Origin: Octopus vulgaris
Lineage: Eukaryota
Direction of reading: 5' to 3'
Assembly (NCBI GenBank): GCA_951406725.2
Contig: OX597842.1
Location: 1,364,001-1,428,000, forward strand
DNA length: 64,000 nucleotides
Part shown: positions 53,153 to 64,000 of the stretch, one piece after another
How the letters are laid out: each line of letters starts with the position of its first letter
How positions within the stretch are numbered: the stretch's first letter is position 1
Notes under the pieces: model-generated
The model's database searches: none
Told to the model about the DNA's origin: nothing
Seen by the model: the letters and a program-made list of their open reading frames with translations, nothing else
Program-made: the position numbers and the translations under genes

Positions 53153-54559
53153 ACTGTTCATGGACAAAGCCCTGAAGGATGACCTCATAATGCTGGGATA
53201 TAAACACACCAACACTGGTTGTCAAGCAGTGGTAGTGGACAAATCCAGACACAAACATATATAAACTAACTCCGGTTTCACTCGGTCAGTTTGGATGATG
53301 TGGCTGTAGACCCTGCTCTGTGTAAGCATTCAACTTGTTTGGGTATGCTTACGTTAAAAAAACAATTTTAAAATTAATCTTTTTCTGTCAAAACACACTA
53401 AAAATAACTGACCAACAACAAAAAAACCAACCAAAAACAACATAGGCGCAGGAGTGGCTATAGGTGCAGGAGTGGCTGTGTGGTAAGTAGCTTGTTTACC
53501 AACCACATGGTCCCAGGTTCAGTCCCACTGCGTGACACCTTGGGCAAGTGTCTTCTACTATAGCGTCGGGCCGACCAAAGCCTTGTGAGTGGATTTGGTA
53601 GACGGAAACTGAAAGAAGCCCGTCGTATATATGTTGAAACAAGTAAAAGAGTAAAAGAGTAAGATTCAACCATATCAAAAAATAAATCCAAATACTAAGA
53701 GAAAAAAGATGAACCATCTCCTTCCATTCCATGCACACACACTCACATGCACACACACACACATACACCCCTTTTACATACACACACATATATTCACTCA
53801 AATATTTGATTTATTTTTTGATAAATGTTTGATTTATTTTTCCAGCGTACAATTTTCATCATCCCACTGCCAAATGTGACATAGCCCCTTCTTTCCTTAT
53901 TAATCTTTCACCCCCTTCTTTCCTTATTTATCCATCACCCATTCCTTTCTCATTCATAAACACAACAGTATTATTATAGTAGATTATCTCGGTAACCATA
54001 GGAGCTATGTAAAATACAAAGCCCAGTATCATCACCAGATCATTCCACATGTCTGGTAATTTTTCACGCAATTCCACCCAGCTGTTTGACTGTGAATCCC
54101 AAGACAAGAAAGAATCGCCAATGTCAAATTTATATGTATATATATATATCAAAATAAGCAACAAGGATATGCAGAGGTAATGCAGTACGATCGTTTCATG
54201 CAACTCCATTTAATTGAACAATACAATCATTACATCAATTTAAAATGCAGAGCAATCCTCAGCTGCACAAAGACATAGAATTCAATTAAATTAGAACAGA
54301 TGGACGCTAATAGAATTTAATTAAATGTCAAAATTTATATGTATTGATATATACGACAGGCTTCTTTCAGTTTCCATCTTCAATCTCTACTCACAAGGCT
54401 CTGGTCAGTCGGAGGCTATAATAGAAGACAATTGCCTAAGGAACCACACAGTGAGATTGAACCTGAAACATGAGATTGAGAGACAAGCTTCTTACCATAC
54501 AGTCATACCTATGCTTATATAAGTGTGTGTGTATTCAAGTATATATATATGTGTGTGCA

Positions 54560-54680
<121 letters not shown>

Positions 54681-54969
54681 TATATATATATATATATTAT
54701 ATATATGTGATATACATAAATATATCGTGTGCTGTGCATATATAGAGTTGATAATGGCCAATAGATTTCTTAAAAGGTTCCATAAATGGAGACAACAAGA
54801 AATCTATTGGAATTATAACGAGATCTGCGAGACATTTTCTTAATGTACATCCGAAGTAGTTGTGTTTTATCAAAATGAAATATCTTGCTCATATATCGAT
54901 GATAGAATCGGTATTTCATTGGGAATTCTTCCCCCGCTTCCCTCCTATCATCCCCACTCAATTCCCTCC

Positions 54970-55011
<42 letters not shown>

Positions 55012-55144
55012 TATATATATATATATATGTATGTTTGTCTTCATTTTAAATATGGCCTTTCACTCTCTCTTTTTAAATACATATTTTATTGATAATCTTC
55101 AATTAGACAAAAACACACAAACAAATAGTTGTGTGTGGATATTA

Positions 55145-55175
<31 letters not shown>

Positions 55176-55324
55176 GCACACCTACGCATACATATATTTA
55201 TTTGTGTATACACATACATATATATTTATTTGTGTGTATATAGGTGTGTGTGTTTCTATGTGTGTGTATGTATATATGTAAATAAATATATATATACAGA
55301 CATACACACACATATAAATATATG

Positions 55325-55362
<38 letters not shown>

Positions 55363-56502
55363 TATATATATGTATATATATGTATATGTATATATATGTA
55401 TATGTATATAAATATATATATATACATGATGTATCTATATATATATATATATACATGATGTATCTATATATATATATATATATATATAAATATATATAAA
55501 TACACACAAGATGTATCTATATGTATGTGTGCGAATAAGTGTATGAAAACAGAGATCTATGCATATGCACATATATGTATATATTTATATATATGCATGT
55601 ATATATCCATACATATATCTAAAGATATATATCTATACATATCTATATGTATGTATGTATGTATACACACATATACACATACATGGTAGTCTTTCCCATA
55701 TGTATACCACAGAGAAAAAGTAAAACAATTTTTTTGTTTTTTTTCAGTCAGTCATACATTTTTTTTTTATCTAAGAAAAAATTTTTAAAATCCAATCATG
55801 TTCACCAATGCCACGACCACCACCACCAACATCACCACCACCACCACCGCCAGCAACAGCAACATCACAAACATCAAAAATACTATCACAACCATCACCA
55901 TCACCACCAACAACATAACAAAAGCAAACACCGACCCCCATCTCACACCCAAAAAATCCAAAGAAAAAAAGAAAGAAAGAAAGAATGAATGAAACAAAGA
56001 AAGGAAGGAAGAAAGAAAATCGTGTACAAAAGACAGAAAAGAAGGAAGGAAAAGCATTGCCAACCAATTTCTGAAGAATTTTACAATCCCAATCTTTGGA
56101 AAATAGGCAGACATAAAAATTTCTTTAGATAGAATCTATAACAGCAGACTTTAAAACTCAGTTTAATTTCGCAGTTTTTAAAGAAATTGCAGCTGTTTTT
56201 TTTTATTACTTCTTATTTGATTTATATATATATTTATTACTTTTTGGTTTTTTTTCTTTTTTTTTTAAAAAAATTTTTTTTTTTTTTTTTGAAAAAATTT
56301 TTTTTTCTTAATTTTCTTTTTATTTTAACCCAAAATTTTATTCTGAAGCAATAACCGTTTTATGAGAGCAGCTTCAGAGATAACCTTCCCGAACAGATTA
56401 AAACAATAAATATTTTTTTGTCTTACGTGACTATCTTGTTAAGTCAATATTTAGACTTTGTATTATTATTATTATTAACATTAATAAACATTATTATTAT
56501 CA

Positions 56503-56533
<31 letters not shown>

Positions 56534-58015
56534 TATTATTATTAACATTAACAAACATTATTATTCGTATTATCAATACATTTTTTTTTTTATTATGGTA
56601 AATATTCATTTTATTCTTATTACTATTATTATTATTGCTGTTATTGTTGTTAAGGCAGTGATCCAACAAAATTATTAGCACACTAGGCAAAATGCTTTGC
56701 GGCATATTTGTCTATCCTAAGGTTTTGAGTTCAAATTCCACCGAAGTCTATTTTGCCTTTCATTTTTTTTGGGGGGGGGGGTCAATCAAATAAGTACCAG
56801 TTGAATACTGTGGTCGATGTAATCGACTCACCCCCTCTCCCAAAACTGTTGGTCTTGTGCCAAAATTTGAAACCATTATTATCATTATTATTATTATTGA
56901 GTGAGAGAACAGTGCATGCCATCAAAGTGACACTGGGGTACAAATATACAAAGCCCAGTATACCCATCATGATTACCCATCTGATAAGGGTACACCAGGC
57001 ACATGCATCACAACCATATGTGCACAACATGGTGATCTCATATCAAGATAAACAGCGCATGATCTTGCAGGTGGGGCCCAGTTAGAATTTTCTTCTGGTC
57101 AAGTTGCCCATCCTGCTCAAAAGGTCCCTGAATAAGGGTTAAGGCTGTTTCCAAAGGTGAATTATCCAAACCTCTATTAATCCCTTTCAACACATGGCTA
57201 TGATGCTCCCCCACTACTTCTATTCGTGGTCAGAGATGCACATATCGTCAGCCACTAAGGGACATAATCAACTGGTAACGGTCAAGCAACTGAGTAGCAA
57301 ATCTGTGGTATTGAGCAGAATATTTGCTGTAGCCCATCTTTTTATACCAAGACAGAAGCCACGAGAGCCACTGCCTGGTCGACTTTGCTTTTCATCCTCT
57401 CGGGGTTGATAAATTAAGTACCAGTTACGCACTGGGGTCGATGTAATCGACTTAATACCTTTGTCTGTCCTTGTTTGTCCCCTCTGTGTTTAGCCTCTTG
57501 AATCGTTAGCACACAGTGCGAAATGCTTAGCAGCATTTCGTCTGTTTTTATGTTCTAAGTTCAAATTCCGCCAAGATCGACTTTGTCTTTCATCCTTAAG
57601 AGGTCGATAAATTATGTACCAGTTGCATACTGGGGTTGATCTAATCGACTTCCCCCCTTCTCTCCCCAAATATTTCGGGCCTTGTGCATAAAATACAAAA
57701 GAATATGCTGTATTTGAACAAAAGACCCACCAAGCCAAGTGGAACCATAGTTGTGGCAGATACTGGTGTCACACGACTGGCTCCTGTGTTGGTGGCACGT
57801 AAAAGCATCCATTACATTCTAGGAGTGGTTGACATCAGGAAAGGCATCCAGCTGTAGAAACCATGTCAAATCAAACTGGAGTCTGTTGCAGCCCCTCAGC
57901 TTACCATCCATGGACAAACCATCCAACCCATGGCAGCATAGACAATGGACATTAAATGATGATGATGATGATATGAAAGGCTTATTTTACAGTTCTATTT
58001 TTAAAAGATGAGGAA

Positions 58016-58343
58016 TTATTTACATTATTTACATTTGACGGATATTTGTCCTCATCTTGTTTGTTGTTAACACAATGTTTCAGCTGATATACCTTCTAGC
58101 CTTCATCAGGTGCCTTGGGGAAATTTCAAACCTGGGTTCTCATTCCTAAGGTATTCTTCGATATTGTTGTTGTTGTTGTTCAGGTCACTGCTTGGAATAG
58201 AAGAATAACTTAGGAATGAGAACCCAGGTTCAAAACTTCCCCAAGACACCCGAAGAAGGCTGGAGGGTATATCAGCCAAAACGTTGTGTTAACAACAAAC
58301 AAGATGAGGACAAATATCCATCAAATGTAAATAATGTAAATAA
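58016..58343. repeat. Long inverted repeat (~144-bp arms, ~40-bp spacer), each arm carrying a hammerhead motif
   Basis: 58016-58159 is the reverse complement of 58200-58343; two-arm consensus ACAC-CTGATGA-A-GGCTG..CAGCC-GAAA-CG-TT-GTGT. Confidence 0.88.
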
Positions 58344-58344
58344 G

Positions 58345-59175
58345 GCTTATTTTAGTTTTCACCTACCAAATTCACTCACAAGGTTTTCATCAATCTGAGA
58401 TTATAGTAGAAAACACTTTCGCCAGGCACAATGCAGTGTGATTGAACCAGGAACCATGTGGTTGAGAAGCAAGCTTCTTAACCACATAACTGTATAGATG
58501 ATGTGCTTTCTTCAGTTTCCATCAAACAAAATCCACTTCACAAGTACTTGGTTGACCCGGGGCTATAGTAGTGGACACTTGCCCAAGGTGCTATACTATG
58601 GAATTGAAACTGAAACCACATGACCAGAAAACAAGCCTCTTAACCACACACTCGTATATGCTGGCTTCCTTTCAGTTTTTGTCTACCAAATCCACTCACA
58701 AGGCATTAGTTGACCTGGGGTTATAATAGAAGACGCTTGCCCAAGGTGCCATGCGGTGGGACTGAAACCAAATCTACACAGTTGGGAAGCAAGCCTTTTA
58801 ATCAAGGAGTCAAATACAATGGGCTTCTTTAAGTTTCCATCAACCAAAATCCAATTCACAAGTCCTAGGTTAGTCTAAGGCTGAAGAAGGTGACAATTGC
58901 CCAATGTGCCACACAGTGGGATTGAACCTGTAATTAGATGGTCAGGAAACAAACTTCTTAACCACATAACCAGACATGAAGGGTTTCTTCCAGTTTCCTT
59001 CTACCAACTCCACTGACAAGGTTTTCGTCACCCTGGGACTCTAGTAGATGACACTTGCCCAAGATGCCACGGGGTGGAACTGAACCCAGAACCATGTGGT
59101 CGGGACACAAACCTCTTAACTACATAACTACACAGCCAAATACGACGGGCTCCTTTCAGTATCCATCTACAAATA
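58345..59175 (-). repeat. Head-to-tail array of about 6 diverged family A SINE 5' halves (~160-bp period)
   Basis: TTCAGTTTCC..CCAAATCCACTCACAAGG..TTGCCCAAGG..TGAACC..CTTAACCAC recurs. Confidence 0.75.
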
Positions 59176-59446
59176 TTATTATGGATCTCCAAGCCCCTAA
59201 AAACAGCTGTTGGGCTTATAGCACCTTTATTCCTCCCCTTTAATTCTCTCAATTAATATAAATATCTGTATATTTATACTTAAAACTTTATCGTTCTGAG
59301 TTCTTTTACAGAGCTTAGAAAAACTGAAGGACCGCTGCAATGAGTGTGTGAATCTGAGAGGGGAATATGGTCAATAAAATGATAATTAATTGATCCTCCT
59401 GTATTTTCTTTTACCCAAAGCCAGAAGCTTTTCAGCACCCCCACAT

Positions 59447-59502
<56 letters not shown>

Positions 59503-59992
59503 GTTTGTTTGTATTCCACCTGCCTTCGTCTTTTGTTTATTTCCGTAAACCTGCCTTCGTCTTTTGTCTATTTTCATAAAGCTTCCCGTTATATATATAT
59601 ATATATATATATACTCTTTTACTCTTTTATTTGTTTCAGTCATTTGACTGCGGCCATGCTGGAGCACCGCCTTTAGTCGAGCAAATCGACCCCAGGACTT
59701 ATTCTTTATAAGCCCAGTACTTATTCTATCGGTCTCTTTCAATGAACTGCTAAGTGACGGGGACGTAAACACACCAGCATCGGTTGTCAAGCAATGCTAG
59801 GGGGACAAACACAGACACACAAACATGTACACACACACACACATATATATATATACATATATACGACAAGGCTTTGGTCGGCCCGAGGCTATAGCAGAAG
59901 ACACTTGCCCAAGATGCCACACAGTGGGACTGAACCCGGAACCATGTGGTTGGTTAGCAAGCTACTTACCACACACCCACTCCTGCACCTAT

Positions 59993-60136
<144 letters not shown>

Positions 60137-60426
60137 CAATAAAAAAGGGTAAAATTAATTAATTATTAATTAATTTGACCGAGCAGTGTTCGGTATGTAA
60201 AACCACCATTTACGGCATATTTGAAATATTACTTTATGAAAATAGGGTAAAGTAAAATAATTTACTTTACCACACACCGAGCTTTTTAGAAATAGCAGCC
60301 AAAAATTTGGCTATTTCTTCTACTGCAAGAAAAGTTTCCCAGACAATGCATACTCAGAAATAACTCACATAGGTATAAGGGAAAATCAACGAAAGATCAC
60401 ATCCATATGAGATCACCCGAGGACAA

Positions 60427-60488
<62 letters not shown>

Positions 60489-60493
<5 letters not shown>

Positions 60494-60655
60494 TTTATTT
60501 AAAGCAGCAGAAAATTCAACAAAACCTGTTACTCTGAGTTTCCCGTTGCCGTTCATCGGACAGTTTTTTCTAGCAAAAACTGTCTGATGAACGGCAACGG
60601 GAAACTCAGAGTAACAGGTTTTGTTGAATTTTCTGCTGCTTTTAAATAAAGTATA
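60489..60655. repeat. Near-perfect palindrome (~80-bp arms, 6-nt loop)
   Basis: Arms differ by one substitution and one extra T; loop TCTAGC at 60569-60574. Confidence 0.95.
60580..60617 (+). ncRNA. Minimal type I hammerhead ribozyme, core intact
   Basis: CTGT-CTGATGA-A-CG-gcaa-CG-G-GAAA-CTC-a-GAG-TA-ACAG; palindromic helix III; predicted cut after 60613. Confidence 0.7.
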
Positions 60656-60720
60656 ATACTCTACCACTGGTATTTGAGTACTCTTTTTTCCACCTTGTTT
60701 CACATTTATGTGTTTACTCC

Positions 60721-60761
<41 letters not shown>

Positions 60762-60958
60762 TTTACTTGTTTCAGTCATTTGACTGCAGCCATGCTGGAG
60801 CACCGCCTTTAGTCGAGCAAATCGACCCCAGGACTTATTCTTTGTAAGCCTAGTACTTATTCTATCGGTCTCTTTTGCTGAACCTCTAAGTGACGGGGAC
60901 GTAAACACACCAGCATCGGTTGTCAAGCAATGCTAGGGGGACAAACACAGACACACAA

Positions 60959-61005
<47 letters not shown>

Positions 61006-61527
61006 CACACACAAGACATTTGCCCAAGGCACTACAAAGTGGGACTGAACCTGGAACCACGTGGCTTGAAGTAAACTTCTTAACCACGCAGCTATGCCTA
61101 CACTGTATTTTAATTAATCAATCAATTATCCAGTATTAATTAAAACAAATTGGAGTTCTTGGGTTCCGTTATTTTCATGTTAAAACGATAGCAAAAGCTT
61201 TTAATGTAACTGAGTAATGTTCCATATAATGGCGCTGTTACAACCATTTTGTGCATTTTGGGGAAGGTAAGGAGTTATTCGGTGTAGCCTCATGAATATT
61301 CCGTCTAATTAAAAATTCCAAAATTTCCAGAGGTTTCCAAAAGCTTCGAGCATTCATTGGCCAAAGCTGCATTGTCATCATCATCATCATCATCAATATC
61401 TTTGTATTCATATTCATCGACATTACCAGCTGCCAACACCAACACCATCACCATCATCATCACCGTCATCATCACCATCATCACCATTATCATCATCATC
61501 ATCATCACCATCATCACCATTATCATC

Positions 61528-61558
<31 letters not shown>

Positions 61559-62481
61559 CATTCATCATCACCACCATCATCACCTTCATCATCATCATCA
61601 TTGCTTCCATTTTCATCGTTATTATCATCATCATCATCATCACTACCCTAACCAACATCATCATTGCTATCATCATCATCATCGTCATCACCATCATCAA
61701 CACCCCCACTACTGACACCATTTCCACCACCACCATTATCATCATCATCGTCATCACAATCATCATCATCATAATCATCATCATTACTATCAAACACATC
61801 ATTATCATTGCCACCACTACCACCACCACCACCACCACAACCACCATCATCATCATCATTATCATCATCATCATCATCATCATCATTGCCACCCCACCAC
61901 CACCACCACCATCATCATCATTATCATCACAATTCTTAATTCAGAATAAATGTGAATAAATTAAGGCAGGCATTGAATAAATAGCTTAAGAATTTGATTT
62001 TCTTAATGGTAAATGGAAGCTAATTGATGAGTGCCAAAATGTGACAACCCCCTTGTCTCCCAGTTTGGTTTTGGTCCCTCAGCATTGAATGACAGACAGC
62101 ACCAAGGTTTCTTTAGACCCTTTCAGTAATACAAATGTGTAATGTATATTGGAATTTTAATGTGGTCAGAGTTCAATCTTGTATAATGGCAGTGCCCCAG
62201 CATGGCCACATCTGGCTGAAACATACAATGTAAATAAAGTCCCTGGTTCTTTTATTCATTTATTCATTTATTTGTTTCATTCACTTAACTGCGGCCATGC
62301 TGGAGCACCGCCTTTAGTCGAGCAAATCGACCCCAGCACTTATTCTTTGTAAGCCTAGCACCTATTCTATCGGTCTCTTTTGCCAAATCGCTAAGTTACG
62401 GGGACGTAAACACACCAGCATCAGTTGTCAAGCGATGTTGGGGGGAGGGACAAAAACAGACACACAAACATATACACACAC

Positions 62482-62513
<32 letters not shown>

Positions 62514-62606
62514 GTATAGTTAATCCAAACAAGAAAACACAGCAACGCGAGGACGTGGAACAAATAGAGTATTATTGGACGCTCAGGAAAGAAGGGAAGA
62601 AGGAGG

Positions 62607-62641
62607 GTTTAACGTTTCGAGCGGAGCTCTTCGTCGGAAAC
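62607..62641 (-). ncRNA. Minimal hammerhead motif, U4C variant, in a ~170-bp insert within a SINE (TA)n linker
   Basis: Minus strand: GTTT-CCGACGA-A-GAGC-tcc-GCTC-GAAA-CG-TT-AAAC. Confidence 0.7.
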
Positions 62642-62686
62642 ATACGAGAAGGAAAGATCCCGAGAAGGGGAGACAGAGGAAAAAAA

Positions 62687-62752
<66 letters not shown>

Positions 62753-63074
62753 GATGGGCTTCTTTCAGTTTCCGTCTACCAAATCCACTCACAAGACTTT
62801 GGTCACTCACAAGACTTTGGTGGGCCAAAGGCTATAGTAGAAGACATTTGACCAAGGTGCCACACAGTGGGACTGAACCCAGAACCATGTGGTTGGTAAG
62901 CAAGCTACTTACTGCCTTTAGTCAAGCAAATCGACTCCAAGACTTATTCTTTGTAAGCCTAGTACTTATTCTATCGGTATCTTTTGTCGAACTGCTAAAC
63001 ACACCAGTTACAGGGACGTAAACACACCAGCATCGATTGTCAAGTGATGTTGGGAGGGGGGGGGATAAACACAG

Positions 63075-63112
<38 letters not shown>

Positions 63113-64000
63113 GCATATATATGATGGGCTTCTTTCAGTTTCCATCTACCAAATCCACTCACAAGGCTTTGGTCAGCCCGATGCTATAGTAGAAGACACT
63201 TGCCCAAGGTGTCACGCAGTGGGACTGAACCCAGAGCCATGTGGTTTGTAAGCAAGTAACTTACCACACAGCCACTCCTACGCTTTCAAAATGGTCAACC
63301 GTCGACAGTAAGACGAACCCCTACGGATCACACTATCCCAAAGTGAATATGCATGTGACCAGGGACCACATGTGTACTTGTATTTCTGACCATGACTGTC
63401 CTAGGTAAGACTTTAAATGCGTCCAGTAGTGGGGCCTTGGTATGGAAGTTCCATGGTCTCTGAGGAGCATGGAACTATCTCTTAGCCATATTGTTCCCAG
63501 GTCTAGTTTGACCCAGAGTAGTAGTGTCCCTTAGGGTCCCAGGTACGGGTTAACTAACATGTGTACCACCCACTTCAAACCCAGGTTCTCTCTGGTCAGA
63601 TAATCAATGATGACCTGGTCAGCAAGTCCTCTCTGGCATTTGACAAGCGATAGCAAGATGAGATGTTACTATCCCAAAATGTGTATGCATGTGACCAGGG
63701 ACTACATGTGAATTTGTATTCAGATTGAAACTCCAAACCCGAACTCTACACCTCGACAGCATATCATGGCTACAGCAACGGCAGGAGGCCCAGTGGTTAG
63801 GGGCAGCGGACTCATGGTCGGAGGATCGCGTTTTCAATTCCCAGACTGGGCGTTGTGTGTGTTTATTGAGCATAAACACCTAAAGCTCCACAAGGCTCCG
63901 GCAGGGGGTGGAGGCGACCCCTGTTGTACTCTTTTGCTCCAACTTTCTCTCACTCTTTCTTCCTGTTTCTTGTCCCCGACTTCCTAAACAACCGCTGAGC

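Overview
Repeat-dominated, AT-rich eukaryotic DNA with no recognisable host protein-coding gene; nearly all ORFs in the track are translated microsatellites or SINEs. The repeat families and the (TA)n/(CA)n/(ATC)n/(AAT)n load resemble an octopus or other coleoid cephalopod genome (my inference, not checked). Contents: a 23-bp satellite at the left edge, several tRNA-derived SINE families, an RTE-type LINE 3' end with many truncated tail copies, two decayed mariner elements, two non-autonomous Helitrons, and MITEs. Most notable: (i) about a dozen type I hammerhead ribozyme motifs from several unrelated short elements, mostly lodged in (TA)n tracts, some in long inverted repeats (Penelope-like or retrozyme-like), three with an intact catalytic core; (ii) a full-length 5S rRNA head fused to a SINE-type tail and poly(A); (iii) a three-block homeobox-site-rich non-coding module present twice 5.3 kb apart; (iv) long inverted duplications able to form dsRNA. 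Element boundaries were read by eye and are approximate.
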